Assembly: GCA_036642795.1 (NCBI GenBank)
Contig: JAVXTH010000003.1
Location: 12,443 to 76,442, forward strand
Source of the DNA: Erysipelotrichaceae bacterium
GTDB lineage: Bacteria > Bacillota_I > Bacilli_A > Erysipelotrichales > Erysipelotrichaceae
Direction of reading: 5' to 3'
DNA: 64,000 bases
Every line of letters starts with the position of its first letter. The first letter of the stretch is position 1. Positions 47,118-57,822 of the stretch are shown here, in pieces. Below the pieces are notes generated by a model, which was not told where the DNA came from, did no database searches, and saw only the letters and a program-made list of their open reading frames with translations. Both the position numbers and the translations under genes were made by a program.

Positions 47118-49520
47118 ATGAATGCGTTTGATCACAGAGAGATTGAAAAGAAATGGCAAAAATATTGGTTAGAGAATAAGAGCTTTGCATGTGATACTAG
47201 TGACTTTTCAAAGCCGAAGTATTATGTATTGGATATGTTTCCATACCCAAGTGGAAATGGATTACATGTTGGACATCCGGAAGGTTATACGGCAACTGAT
47301 ATTATCGCAAGAATGAAACGGATGCAAGGTTATAATGTTTTACATCCGATGGGTTGGGATGCGTTTGGATTACCTGCCGAACAATATGCAATTCAAACTG
47401 GTCATCATCCTGCTGAATTCACTAAAAAGAATATTGATCATTTTAGAGACCAAATTCAAGCACTTGGTTTTTCTTATGATTGGGATCGTGAAATATCGAC
47501 AACCGATCCAGATTATTATAAATGGACGCAATGGATCTTTACGAAATTATATGATCGTGGACTTGCTTATGTTGATGAAATTCCTGTGAATTGGTGTCCT
47601 GAATTAGGTACCGTGCTTGCCAATGAAGAAGTTATCGATGGCGTAAGTGAGCGTGGTGGTTATCCAGTTGAACGTCGCCCGATGCGTCAATGGGTATTAA
47701 GAATCACGGAATATGCAGAAGAACTATTAGCGGATCTTGATTTATGTGATTGGCCACAATCTACCAAAGAAATGCAAATTAATTGGATTGGCAAAAGCGT
47801 TGGTGCCAATGTAATCTTTAAAATCAAAGATACGAATAAAGAATTTACGGTCTTTACAACTCGTTGTGATACATTATTTGGAGCTACTTATTGTGTTATG
47901 GCACCAGAACATCCCTTTGTAATGGATATTTGTGATGAGCATAAAAAAGCAGAAATCATTGCTTATCAAAAGGCTTGTGCAAGTAAATCTGATCTAGAAA
48001 GAACGGAATTAAATAAAGATAAAACCGGTGTCTTTACCGGTGCTTATGCGATTAATCCTGTGAATGGTAAAGAAGTACCAATTTGGATTAGTGATTATGT
48101 TTTATCAAATTATGGAACAGGAGCTATCATGGCAGTACCTGCTCATGATACGCGTGATTATGAATTCGCCAAGAAATTTAATTTAGAAATTATCCCAGTT
48201 TTAGAAGGTGGTAATGTGGAAGAGGCTCCTTATTGTGAAGATGGTCTTCATATTAACTCAGATTTCTTAAATGGTATGGATAAAGAAACAGCCATTTCTA
48301 CAATGATTGAATGGTTAAAAGAACATCATTGTGGGGAAGGAAAAACTACTTATAAATTACGTGATTGGTTATTTTCACGTCAACGTTATTGGGGAGAACC
48401 AATCCCAATTGTACATATGAGTGATGGTACTTCTAGAACCGTTGATATTGATGAATTGCCACTAGAATTACCAGCAACCAATAATTTTAAACCAAATGCA
48501 AATGGTGAAAGTCCACTTTCTCATGTAGATGATTTTATCAACATTGAAATTGATGGTGTAAAAGGTAAAAGAGAATCAAATACAATGCCACAATGGGCTG
48601 GTAGTTGCTGGTATTATTTACGTTATATTGATCCTCATAATGATCAAGCATTAGCCGATCCTAAATTATTAGAACATTGGTTACCAGTTGATTTATATGT
48701 TGGGGGAGCAGAACATGCCGTTTTACATTTACTTTATGCACGTTTTTGGCATAAGGTATTATATGATTGTGGTGCGGTACCAACCAAAGAACCATTTAAG
48801 AAGTTATTTCATCAGGGAATGATCCTTGGTGAAAACATGGAAAAAATGTCTAAATCAAGAGGCAATGTAGTAAATCCAGATGATATTATTCAAAGTCATG
48901 GAGCGGATGCTTTACGAGTTTATGAAATGTTTATGGGACCTCTTGAAGCAGCCTTACCATGGAATACCAATGGATTAGATGGAGCTCGTAAATGGATCGA
49001 TAGAGTATGGCGCTTATATTGTGATTATGATAAATTCAGTGATGAAAATGATGGCGCATTGGATAAAATATTTAATAAAACGGTTAAAAAAGTAACAAGT
49101 GATATTGATACTCTTAATTTAAATACGGCAATATCGGCAATGATGATCTTTGTCAATGAATGTTATAAAGTTGATAAGATTTATAAAGAATATGCAACTG
49201 GTTTCTTAAAGATGTTCGCATGTTTTGCCCCTCATACCGGCGAAGAATTATGGCATAATGTCTTTAAACAAAACGAAAGTATTACGTATGCTGCCTGGCC
49301 TCAAGTAGATGAAAGTAAACTTGTGGAAAATGAGGTTGAAGTAATTGTCCAAGTGAATGGAAAATTGCGTGGAAAATTTTTAGTTGCCGTTGATAGCGAT
49401 GAAGCATTTGTGAAAGAAGAAGCGATGAAAATACCTGCTGTTGTATCTCAATTAGAAGGTAAAACAATTCGAAAAGTGATTGTAATAAAAGGTAAAGTAG
49501 TTAATATTGTCGCAAATTAA
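47118..49520 (+). CDS. leuS: Leucyl-tRNA synthetase
   Basis: HVGHPEGY (HIGH) and KMSKS motifs, with the CP1 editing domain. 800 aa. Confidence 0.98.
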   Translation: MNAFDHREIEKKWQKYWLENKSFACDTSDFSKPKYYVLDMFPYPSGNGLHVGHPEGYTATDIIARMKRMQGYNVLHPMGWDAFGLPAEQYAIQTGHHPAEFTKKNIDHFRDQIQALGFSYDWDREISTTDPDYYKWTQWIFTKLYDRGLAYVDEIPVNWCPELGTVLANEEVIDGVSERGGYPVERRPMRQWVLRITEYAEELLADLDLCDWPQSTKEMQINWIGKSVGANVIFKIKDTNKEFTVFTTRCDTLFGATYCVMAPEHPFVMDICDEHKKAEIIAYQKACASKSDLERTELNKDKTGVFTGAYAINPVNGKEVPIWISDYVLSNYGTGAIMAVPAHDTRDYEFAKKFNLEIIPVLEGGNVEEAPYCEDGLHINSDFLNGMDKETAISTMIEWLKEHHCGEGKTTYKLRDWLFSRQRYWGEPIPIVHMSDGTSRTVDIDELPLELPATNNFKPNANGESPLSHVDDFINIEIDGVKGKRESNTMPQWAGSCWYYLRYIDPHNDQALADPKLLEHWLPVDLYVGGAEHAVLHLLYARFWHKVLYDCGAVPTKEPFKKLFHQGMILGENMEKMSKSRGNVVNPDDIIQSHGADALRVYEMFMGPLEAALPWNTNGLDGARKWIDRVWRLYCDYDKFSDENDGALDKIFNKTVKKVTSDIDTLNLNTAISAMMIFVNECYKVDKIYKEYATGFLKMFACFAPHTGEELWHNVFKQNESITYAAWPQVDESKLVENEVEVIVQVNGKLRGKFLVAVDSDEAFVKEEAMKIPAVVSQLEGKTIRKVIVIKGKVVNIVAN

Positions 49521-49601
49521 GCTGAGTTTTTAACTTCTATTTGTAAGCGACAAAAAAGTCTGATATAATAAACATGCGAAAATTTGGAGAGTGATTATAA
49601 A

Positions 49602-50330
49602 ATGGGAAGACATTTTGAAGTGCGAGCTGCTTCCATGCAAAAAACAGCAAACGCAAAAGCTAAAGTTTATTCAAGGTTTGGTAAAGAGATATTAGTAGCT
49701 GCTAAATCCGGAGTACCTGATCCAGAGATGAACGTAACCCTTAAAAAAATGATTGAAAGAGCAAAAGCTAATCAAGTACCTGCCGATGTAATTAAACGGG
49801 CAATTGAAAAAGCAAAAGGACCAATGACGGAAAATTATACAAGTTCAATGTATGAAGGCTTTGGTTCTGGTGGTGGAGCTACCATCTTAGTTGAATGCCT
49901 AAGCGATAATGCAAATCGTACCATCGCTGAATTACGTGGAGCTTTTAATAAATCAAAAGCGAAGATTGGGGTGCTTGGTAGTGTTTCATTTAATTATGAA
50001 CATATCGGTGCTATTTCAATTGAATACACAGATGAAGAAGCGATGATGGATGCTTTAATCATGGCGGATGTTGATTTAAAAGATTTAGAAGTAGAAGATG
50101 GGCATATGGATATTTCAGTTGATTCTCAAGATTTATATAAAGCTAAAACGGCGATTGAAGAATTGATTCCGGATGTGAAATTTGATTTATTGGAACCTAC
50201 AATGGTACCAAATGAATATGTTGAACTTGATGGAAATGATAAAATGTTATTTGAACGCTTGGTTACTTTATTAGATGATATTGATGATGTTCAAAATGTT
50301 TATCATAATGTTTCAAATTTAGAATTATAG
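49602..50330 (+). CDS. yebC: YebC/PmpR-family protein (YeeN-type)
   Basis: MGRHFEVRAA...K.YS.FGKEI start after a GGAGAG RBS. NVTLKKMIERAKANQVP and YEGFGSGG motifs. Confidence 0.9.
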   Translation: MGRHFEVRAASMQKTANAKAKVYSRFGKEILVAAKSGVPDPEMNVTLKKMIERAKANQVPADVIKRAIEKAKGPMTENYTSSMYEGFGSGGGATILVECLSDNANRTIAELRGAFNKSKAKIGVLGSVSFNYEHIGAISIEYTDEEAMMDALIMADVDLKDLEVEDGHMDISVDSQDLYKAKTAIEELIPDVKFDLLEPTMVPNEYVELDGNDKMLFERLVTLLDDIDDVQNVYHNVSNLEL

Positions 50331-50332
50331 TT

Positions 50333-50361
50333 ATAAGTCGGGGAATCCCCGACTTATTTTT
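50333..50361 (+). terminator. Intrinsic terminator after yebC
   Basis: 11-bp perfect stem ATAAGTCGGGG/CCCCGACTTAT followed by TTTT. Confidence 0.8.
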
Positions 50362-50375
50362 AAAAGGGTGAAACT

Positions 50376-50885
50376 ATGAAAGCAAGATTAAGTAAAGCAA
50401 CAACGAGGGATAAAAAGGAATTGGAAGATTTCTATTTAGAAGTAGTAAAGTTTCAAGATGATCATCAAATGCATCAATGGAATGTTGAAGATGTTTTATG
50501 GGAAAATCTAGCAAAGACATATCAAATAGATGATTTTGTGATTGGTCGAATTAAGGATAAAATTATAAGTGCCTGTAGTATTGTTGATGTTGATTTAATC
50601 TATTGGCCTGAAGTTAAACAAGGAACAACTTTATTTCTTCATAAAATTGCGATTCATCCAGATTATCGTCATGCTCATTTGGCAGATCAATTGCTAGATT
50701 ACTTTAAAGAACAAGGCAGACTTAAACAAATGAAAGATGTTCGCTTGGATGTTCGTGAATATAAAAATAAACTACGCTTATTTTACGAAAGAAACGGTTT
50801 TAAATTATTTGAATTGAGAAATATCTTTAAAGAGTATCAAACCGCATTATATTATTTTCCTTTAGAGAATAAGAAAGAAGAATAA
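50376..50885 (+). CDS. GNAT-family N-acetyltransferase
   Basis: The LHKIAIHPDYRHAHLADQLLDY segment fits GNAT motif A geometry. C-terminal FYERNGFK motif. Confidence 0.7.
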   Translation: MKARLSKATTRDKKELEDFYLEVVKFQDDHQMHQWNVEDVLWENLAKTYQIDDFVIGRIKDKIISACSIVDVDLIYWPEVKQGTTLFLHKIAIHPDYRHAHLADQLLDYFKEQGRLKQMKDVRLDVREYKNKLRLFYERNGFKLFELRNIFKEYQTALYYFPLENKKEE

Positions 50886-50886
50886 A

Positions 50887-51636
50887 ATGGATAAGAAAGA
50901 AATTAGAAAACAATTAAAGCAACGTAAATTACCATTTATAGCTACCCCTTTTATTGCTCATAATGAAGCTGCTTTGCTGGAAGAATGCAAACTTTGGAAG
51001 AGTGAAACAAGCGATATCATTGAATGGCGCATCGATTGCTTTGATAACTATAAAGACAGCGATGCACTGTTAGATATGTATGAAAGACTGCGTTGTGAAT
51101 TAGCAGATGCAATCATTATGGTAACACTACGCACGCAACAACAAGGTGGAAAAGGCGATGTAAGTGAAGAAGAATACATCGAACTATTGTCGGCATTATG
51201 TGCTTGTGATATTGATTTATTAGACATTGAAGATAGTAATACAAATAAAACAAAACAAGCATTAATTGAGTTATGTAGTAAACAAGGTATTATAGCTATT
51301 TTATCGTATCATGATTTTAATAAGAGTGAAACAACGCAACAAATTGAGAAACGATTCTTATCAATGGCAGAATTCGATGCGGATATCTTAAAAGTTGCCT
51401 ATATGGCAAATAATGAAAAAGATGTGGAATCATTAATGGAAGCAACGAAGAATAGTAATGAAAAAGTGGAACAAGCAATCATTAGTATTTCAATGGGAGA
51501 AATGGGAAAGGCTTCAAGATTTGATGCTTATCAATATGGAAGTATTTTAACGTTCGCCTTCTTAAAAGATGCTAGTGCACCAGGACAAATCAGTTTAAAA
51601 GAAATGAAAGAATATTATAAAAGCCACTTTAACTAA
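50887..51636 (+). CDS. aroD: Type I 3-dehydroquinate dehydratase
   Basis: EWRID, SYHDF, K(V)A, SMGEMGK.SR and APGQ motifs. Confidence 0.85.
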   Translation: MDKKEIRKQLKQRKLPFIATPFIAHNEAALLEECKLWKSETSDIIEWRIDCFDNYKDSDALLDMYERLRCELADAIIMVTLRTQQQGGKGDVSEEEYIELLSALCACDIDLLDIEDSNTNKTKQALIELCSKQGIIAILSYHDFNKSETTQQIEKRFLSMAEFDADILKVAYMANNEKDVESLMEATKNSNEKVEQAIISISMGEMGKASRFDAYQYGSILTFAFLKDASAPGQISLKEMKEYYKSHFN

Positions 51637-51642
51637 GTGGCT

Positions 51643-52890
51643 TTATATTTGACGATTTTCATATAATTTAATGATTTGATTGCATGCATCTTCAAGTGTG
51701 CCATCATTATGAATCATTTCATGCGCACTTTTTAGATAGCTTGGATGACGTTGGTGATACATCGTCAGGATGGCTTGACGATCTTTTGATAAAGGGCGGG
51801 AAGGATCAATTAATAATTTGCTTGGTTCGCGCTTAATATAAATAAGAAGTCCATTTTGTTTTAAATGAAATACATTATTCGCATCTTTAATGATACCGCC
51901 ACCTGTGGCAATAACTAAATTGTTTTCTTTACTTAATCTTTCGCAAACGTTACATTCAATTTTGCGAAAAGCGACTTCACCAAATTGTTCAAAATAATCT
52001 TTGATGCTCATATGAATTTCTTTGATTATTTCCTCATCCGTATCAACAAAAGTTTTATTTAATAAAGCGGCACATTGTTTCCCAATCGTTGTTTTACCAC
52101 AAGAAGGCATCCCGATGAGAACAATATTACTTTTTGATTTTAATGTTTGATGATAGATTTCATCGATTCTTTGAATTGCTAATGTTTGATTGAGAAAAAA
52201 CTCCGCAGCATAAAAGCCTTGAGCAACTAACATTTCTAAACCACCAATGGCATCCATTCCTTGATCAATCGCTGCTTGAACAAGGGTTGTACGTAATGGA
52301 TTATATATAATATCGATGACATGTTCACATTGATGAAAGAAACTTAAATCAATCACTTGTTCTTGATTGTTTGGATACATGCCTACCGGCGATGTATTAA
52401 TGATAAGCTGAGCATCTGGATGCTTATCATATAATTCTTCATACGTGATTGTTTCATCACTTAGATGCTGTTTAACACATAATAATTGACCGACATTTAA
52501 ATGTTTACAAGCGGCTTTTACTGCTTGGGCAGCTCCACCATTTCCTAAGACAACCACTTTTTTATGTTCAATTATTATATTGTGTTTATCAAGCAAATAG
52601 ATAAAACCAAGATAATCACTATTATGACCAATTAATCTTCCTTGATCATTCACAATTGTATTAACAGCACCAATTGCTTTAGCTTGTTCATCGATTTCAT
52701 CTAAATAAGGAAGAACCGCTTGCTTATAGGGAATGGTAACATTGATTGCTTTAAAGTCTTTATGAATCATGAAGGCTTTAAATGCTTCTTGATTTAAAGC
52801 TAATAATTCATAATCATAATCTGCTAGTTGTTGATGTATTTGTTTTGAAAAACTATGACCAAGTTTTTCACCGATTAATCCATATTCCAT
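51643..52890 (-). CDS. aroE: Bifunctional shikimate dehydrogenase / shikimate kinase (AroE-AroK fusion)
   Basis: N-terminal YGLIGEKLGHSFSKQIH and GNGGAAQA (AroE). C-terminal LIGMPSCGKTT P-loop, D.D and GGG motifs (AroK). The ATG at 52890 has an AAAGGAAGG RBS. Confidence 0.85.
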   Translation of the reverse strand: MEYGLIGEKLGHSFSKQIHQQLADYDYELLALNQEAFKAFMIHKDFKAINVTIPYKQAVLPYLDEIDEQAKAIGAVNTIVNDQGRLIGHNSDYLGFIYLLDKHNIIIEHKKVVVLGNGGAAQAVKAACKHLNVGQLLCVKQHLSDETITYEELYDKHPDAQLIINTSPVGMYPNNQEQVIDLSFFHQCEHVIDIIYNPLRTTLVQAAIDQGMDAIGGLEMLVAQGFYAAEFFLNQTLAIQRIDEIYHQTLKSKSNIVLIGMPSCGKTTIGKQCAALLNKTFVDTDEEIIKEIHMSIKDYFEQFGEVAFRKIECNVCERLSKENNLVIATGGGIIKDANNVFHLKQNGLLIYIKREPSKLLIDPSRPLSKDRQAILTMYHQRHPSYLKSAHEMIHNDGTLEDACNQIIKLYENRQI

Positions 52891-52926
52891 TATGTTTACC
52901 TTCCTTTCATTTATCATTTTAAAATA

Positions 52927-53475
52927 CTATTTCTTAAAAAACAATTTTATTTCCACAAAAAGCGTTAACATTTGATGATAGAATTCAATTAAATAATCTT
53001 TAATTCCAACTGCTTCCTTTGTTCCTACTAATGCATAAGGATGATTATAACGCTTAATAAAATAATGAGCTCTTCTTAAATGTAAGCTGGATGATAGGTA
53101 TAGAATGCTATCTTCCACTTTCACCAATTGATTACTAAATTTAATATTTTCATATGTATTTCTAGCTTTTGTTTCCTTTTTAATGCATTCATTTGGTAGA
53201 AAACAAGCTAAATAATGAACCATTGTTTCTGCTTCAACATACTTATTTTGAACGGCACCACCACTGACAATCACTTTTGTTATTACATGCGTTTGATAAT
53301 AATGGATGGCAAGATCACAACGTTGTTTTTGAATCATCGATAAACTACCATCTGGATTAGTCGGTGATCCTAGAATGACACCAATATAAGGGCTCTTATT
53401 TAATTTGCGATTTCCTTTTGGAAAACATAAACACCAAAGCACGAGCAAGGTGAGAAAGATTATAAGGATGAACAT
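52927..53475 (-). CDS. DUF218/YdcF-family (SanA/ElyC-like) protein
   Basis: N-terminal TM. GVILGSP...PDG and VIVSGGAV motifs. Confidence 0.65.
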   Translation of the reverse strand: MFILIIFLTLLVLWCLCFPKGNRKLNKSPYIGVILGSPTNPDGSLSMIQKQRCDLAIHYYQTHVITKVIVSGGAVQNKYVEAETMVHYLACFLPNECIKKETKARNTYENIKFSNQLVKVEDSILYLSSSLHLRRAHYFIKRYNHPYALVGTKEAVGIKDYLIEFYHQMLTLFVEIKLFFKK

Positions 53476-54569
53476 GGTACAAAGATGGGAGACTGTAATT
53501 CACCATCTAACATCGCTTTTTTTTCTTGAGCATTTAAAGGATAGGAATAACACATGCATGCCTTTAATTCAATATCACGCCAAGGTTGTGGAATCTGATT
53601 AAAGCGGGAAGCAATCGTAATATTTTTTTTACATTCATTCAAATAAGCTTGTCCTTTTTTATTGTAAGCAAGGATCCGTAAATAAGGACAACTTGTAAGT
53701 GAATCAATTCTTTCTTTGGTAGTTCCCATCATTAAATGAATTAAGGTACGACGAATGCGAGAAGTGCTATAACGTTTGGTTGTACAAGCGTTTAAGAATT
53801 CATCAAAATCCATATATTTTCTAGCTTGTTTGATTAATAAAGATTCGATTCCTTCATCCATTAAAAAATAAGTTTTAAGTTCATCGACGGAAGTCGTAAA
53901 TAAAATGTGTTGAATAAGAGGATAATAATTTTTTAATTGAAAGGTGGTATTTAAAGCTTCCATATCACAATAATCATCAATGCTTTGATCATGATAAATG
54001 GCCTGGCGAATGGCAGTTGCACTGGCATAAGTAGAGTCGAGTTTTTTATCATGATAGGCATTGGTACGTTTAATACTATGAACGTTAATGGAAGAATTCT
54101 TTAAAGCACGAATATAATTCAAACCTAAAATATCATTCGGGTTCATAACTCCATAAATTAGCTCATAAGCTTTGTTTGCGGAAATCCCATCTTTTTGTAA
54201 GTCTTTAAATTGAATGCTATCAATATTGGCAAGTTTTTTAAGCGTTTCAATATCATTGATTTCACTACCAAATACAAGATCTTGAATGCCCGCTTGTTTT
54301 AAAATATCACAGGCTCCTTGCGCAAAGTATTCTGCACTTTGAACGCAATAGGGAAAGGGAAGCTCAAAAACAATATCACAACCATTTTGAACTGCCATTT
54401 TTGCGCGTTGCCATTTATCCACAATAGCAGGTTCACCACGTTGGACAAAATTACCACTCATCACACAGATTAAAAGATCAGGATTGGTAAGTTCTCGGCA
54501 TTTTTTTAAGTGATAAGAATGACCATGATGAAAGGGATTATATTCAGCGATAACACCAGTAATTTTCAT
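53460..54569 (-). CDS. tmcAL: tRNA(Met) cytidine acetate ligase TmcAL (UPF0348/YlbM)
   Basis: GVIAEYNPFHHGHSYHL nucleotidyltransferase HxGH motif and family-typical length. Confidence 0.85.
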   Translation of the reverse strand: MKITGVIAEYNPFHHGHSYHLKKCRELTNPDLLICVMSGNFVQRGEPAIVDKWQRAKMAVQNGCDIVFELPFPYCVQSAEYFAQGACDILKQAGIQDLVFGSEINDIETLKKLANIDSIQFKDLQKDGISANKAYELIYGVMNPNDILGLNYIRALKNSSINVHSIKRTNAYHDKKLDSTYASATAIRQAIYHDQSIDDYCDMEALNTTFQLKNYYPLIQHILFTTSVDELKTYFLMDEGIESLLIKQARKYMDFDEFLNACTTKRYSTSRIRRTLIHLMMGTTKERIDSLTSCPYLRILAYNKKGQAYLNECKKNITIASRFNQIPQPWRDIELKACMCYSYPLNAQEKKAMLDGELQSPIFVPCSSL

Positions 54570-54701
54570 AATTTTAACCTCAGTAAAATAACTATATCAT
54601 AAATATTGAAAAAAAAGATAATCAGTTATCGTATTTACATAAATTTTAATGTTTTTACAGGCTAATAATGTTATGATGGAAGAAATAAGGAGGGTTTTTA
54701 T

Positions 54702-55616
54702 ATGAAATATTTAAAAATAACTTCAAAACAAGATGAATTAGAATTAGGGGTTACGATCATCGAACCAAAAGGTAAACCGATTGCGATTATTCAATTGGTT
54801 CATGGAATGGCGGAACATCGTCAGCGTTATGAATCGTTTATGGAAGAATTATCCCAAGCTGGCTTTATCTGTGTGATTCATGATCATCGAGGCCATGGTG
54901 ATAGCATCAAAGAGGAAGAGGATTATGGTTATTTTTATGAAGATGGGGTAAATTCAACAATTGAAGATGTTCATCAAATTAGTGAATATATAAAATATCT
55001 CTATCCTAATTTACCTTTAATTCTATTTGGCCACAGTATGGGCTCTTTGGTCGTGCGTCTTTATGCGAAAAAATATGATGATGAATTAGCCGGTTTAATT
55101 GTTTGTGGCTCACCAAGTGAAAATAAAGCAATCCCAGCCGCTAAATTATTAGTTAAGTTCATGTTGATCTTTCATAATGATCATTATCGAAGTAAGTTTA
55201 TTCAAAAAATTGGCTTTGGTGCTTATAATCGTAACATTCATCAACCAGCGAGTGGCAATGCATGGCTTTGCAGCTTAGAAGATGTTGTTGATGAATATGA
55301 TAAAGATCAAGGTTGTGGTTATATCTTTACTTTAAATGGCTTTGAGACCTTATTCACGATGATGCATGAAACTTATAGTGAAAATAATTGGCAAGTAAAA
55401 AAACCAGATTTACCAATTTTATTCATCAGTGGGGAAGAAGATCCTTGTGCCGAAAGTAAACAAGCATTTGAAAAAGCAGTTGCTTTTATGAAGAAAGTCG
55501 GTTATCGACAAGTTGACTTCAAAATGTATCCTAAGATGCGTCATGAAATATTAAAGGAAGCAAACAAAGAAGTTGTTTATCAAGATGTAATTCATTGGAT
55601 TAAAAAATCAATTTAA
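54702..55616 (+). CDS. Alpha/beta hydrolase, lysophospholipase/monoacylglycerol lipase-like
   Basis: HGMAEH, GHSMGS nucleophile elbow, and C-terminal D/H residues. AAGGAGGG RBS. Confidence 0.8.
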   Translation: MKYLKITSKQDELELGVTIIEPKGKPIAIIQLVHGMAEHRQRYESFMEELSQAGFICVIHDHRGHGDSIKEEEDYGYFYEDGVNSTIEDVHQISEYIKYLYPNLPLILFGHSMGSLVVRLYAKKYDDELAGLIVCGSPSENKAIPAAKLLVKFMLIFHNDHYRSKFIQKIGFGAYNRNIHQPASGNAWLCSLEDVVDEYDKDQGCGYIFTLNGFETLFTMMHETYSENNWQVKKPDLPILFISGEEDPCAESKQAFEKAVAFMKKVGYRQVDFKMYPKMRHEILKEANKEVVYQDVIHWIKKSI

Positions 55617-55697
55617 GTAAAATAGAACGATGAAAACCCAAAAAACTTCATTTATTAATAAAAAGAAAAGTAATTATCGATTTAATTTCTATATTTA

Positions 55698-55726
55698 TTG
55701 ACTTTATCAGGCTCTTTCTTTATAAT
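55698..55726 (+). promoter_or_regulatory. Sigma-A promoter TTGACT-17-TATAAT for yceD-rpmF
   Basis: Near-consensus hexamers at 55698-55703 and 55721-55726. Confidence 0.6.
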
Positions 55727-55755
55727 AGGTACGTGTTGACAATGAGGTGAGTCTT

Positions 55756-56268
55756 TTGAAATGGTCGAAAAGCGAATTACTTACAAGCCCGCAAGGATGC
55801 ATAACTTTTGATGATACGATTACATTCAAAGAAGCTGCATTCGAGAGGATCGATCGAATTAGAGGATTACGTGATGTCAATGTATCCGGAGCGTTGCGCT
55901 ATGAATCATTCGATGAACGAGTGGATGTAAATCTACATATTGAAGGTGTAATGATTGTTCCATGTTCGATTACATTAGAAGATGTGGAGGTACCATTCTC
56001 TACAGATAGTGATGAAGTCTTTACGTTTCTTAAAAATAAGAAAAATGAAGATATGCATGAATGTAAGGGAGATGTCATTGAGTTACTACCGGTTATCTTT
56101 CAGTTGATTCTTATGGAAGTACCGCTGAAAGTAGTAAAACCAGGACTTAAGGAATATCCTAAAGGAAATGGCTGGGAAGTTGTCAAAGAGGAACGTTATC
56201 ATAAAGAAAAACGTGATGAAATTGATCCTCGCCTGGCAAAATTAAAAGATTTTAAAATTGAAGAATAA
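55756..56268 (+). CDS. yceD: YceD/DUF177 family protein (YlbN-like)
   Basis: The TTG start gives (M)KWSKSEL, like B. subtilis YlbN MKWSIIQL. GAGGTGA RBS. Immediately upstream of rpmF. Confidence 0.75.
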   Translation: MKWSKSELLTSPQGCITFDDTITFKEAAFERIDRIRGLRDVNVSGALRYESFDERVDVNLHIEGVMIVPCSITLEDVEVPFSTDSDEVFTFLKNKKNEDMHECKGDVIELLPVIFQLILMEVPLKVVKPGLKEYPKGNGWEVVKEERYHKEKRDEIDPRLAKLKDFKIEE

Positions 56269-56283
56269 GCAGGAGGTGCAAAC

Positions 56284-56454
56284 ATGGCTGTACAACAAAG
56301 ACGTAATTCAAAAACAAGAAAAGCAAAACGTAGAACGCACTATAAATTAGCAGTACCTACACTAGGTAAGTGTCCGGTATGTGGAGAATACAAATTATCC
56401 CATAGAATGTGTGAATGCGGAAGCTACAACGGCGAAACAATCGTAGCAAAGTAA
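56284..56454 (+). CDS. rpmF: 50S ribosomal protein L32 (zinc-ribbon form; not in the supplied ORF track)
   Basis: [22 protein letters not shown]... with CPVCG...CECG. AGGAGGTG RBS. 56 aa. Confidence 0.92.
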   Translation: MAVQQRRNSKTRKAKRRTHYKLAVPTLGKCPVCGEYKLSHRMCECGSYNGETIVAK

Positions 56455-56462
56455 AAAGCGAA

Positions 56463-56487
56463 AAAGAGTTCACGTAACTCTTTTTTT
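56463..56487 (+). terminator. Intrinsic terminator after rpmF
   Basis: AAAGAGTT/AACTCTTT stem followed by a T-run. Confidence 0.75.
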
Positions 56488-56508
56488 GCACTTGAAAGGA
56501 AAAACAAG

Positions 56509-57822
56509 ATGCGAACGACATTTATTATTGTTATAACAAAATGTATTCGAACAATATTAACACTATTTCACCGGGGCGGTTCTTTACCCGGATTTATTGC
56601 GTTAAGACTTCAAAAAGATTTCTTAAAGCATATACATTATCCAAACATTGTTATTATGGTAACTGGAACAAATGGGAAAACAACGACGAGTAATATGATT
56701 TATGAAACGTTTGAAAAAACAAATATGAAAGTGATCGGTAATCGTCGTGGCGATAATATGAAAGCTGGCATTGCATCTTTGGTAATTGGAGCGGTTGACT
56801 TACATAAAAACATTCAAAGCGATGTTATGGTAATTGAAGTTGATGAACTTAATGTTCCTAAAGTTATAAAAGAAGTAGAACCAACGGTTTTCGTTGTTCA
56901 TAATTTTTTCCGTGATCAATTAGATCGAGCAGGAGAAATGGAACGCGTATTAAGAAAAATTATGGCAGTTTTGCCTGACTATACGGGAACGCTTGTTTTA
57001 AATGGCGATGATCCCAATGTCGTGCGACTTGGCGATCATGCACCACTTGCGAAGAAGGTTTATGTAGGGGTTGGGGAAAACAGCGAATCCTTAAAAGTGA
57101 GCAACGATGCGAGTGAAGGTAAATTTTGTTATAAATGCAATGAAAAACTTGCTTATCACTATTATCAATATTCACATATTGGTAAGTTCTATTGCCCTAA
57201 TCATGATTTTGGTGATATTGAATTAGATTTAGAAGCTACCGATATTGATTTTGAACTAGGTCGTTTTAAAGTAAAGGATAATTCCTATAAGATGCCGCAA
57301 AATGCATTATTTTCTATTTATAACTGTATGAGTGTATTAGGCGTATGTAAAGCACTTGATTTAGATGAACAATATGCACGTGATACCTTTGAAACATTTG
57401 CGTTAAATGATGGAAGAAATGAATCGTTTCAATTAGGTAATCGTACCTGTGTTTTAAATTTAATAAAGAATCCTACTGGGGCAAATGAAACAATGAAGTA
57501 CATTCAAAGAGATCAAGATACAAAAGACATTTTAATTATTTTAAATGATAATGATCAAGATGGTAGTGATGTATCTTGGATTTGGGATGCTCATTTTGAA
57601 ATCATTACAACCGCAAATGTTGCTCATATTATATGCAGTGGAAAACGTGCTTATGATATGGCATTAAGATTAAAGTATGAGAATTATCAAGGTGTTTTAA
57701 GTGTTTATGAGGATTGTAGTGAAGCGATTGATGCTTTAAAGGAATATAGCTTACATGCTTATGTTGTGGCAACCTATACGGCTTTACAGCCGGTTAGAGC
57801 ACTCTTAAGGAGGAAGCAATAA
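56509..57822 (+). CDS. murT: Lipid II isoglutaminyl synthase, Mur-ligase subunit MurT
   Basis: VTGTNGKTTT P-loop, a Cys-rich ribbon (CYKC...CPNH) and a DUF1727-like C-terminus. Paired with gatD. Confidence 0.85.
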   Translation: MRTTFIIVITKCIRTILTLFHRGGSLPGFIALRLQKDFLKHIHYPNIVIMVTGTNGKTTTSNMIYETFEKTNMKVIGNRRGDNMKAGIASLVIGAVDLHKNIQSDVMVIEVDELNVPKVIKEVEPTVFVVHNFFRDQLDRAGEMERVLRKIMAVLPDYTGTLVLNGDDPNVVRLGDHAPLAKKVYVGVGENSESLKVSNDASEGKFCYKCNEKLAYHYYQYSHIGKFYCPNHDFGDIELDLEATDIDFELGRFKVKDNSYKMPQNALFSIYNCMSVLGVCKALDLDEQYARDTFETFALNDGRNESFQLGNRTCVLNLIKNPTGANETMKYIQRDQDTKDILIILNDNDQDGSDVSWIWDAHFEIITTANVAHIICSGKRAYDMALRLKYENYQGVLSVYEDCSEAIDALKEYSLHAYVVATYTALQPVRALLRRKQ

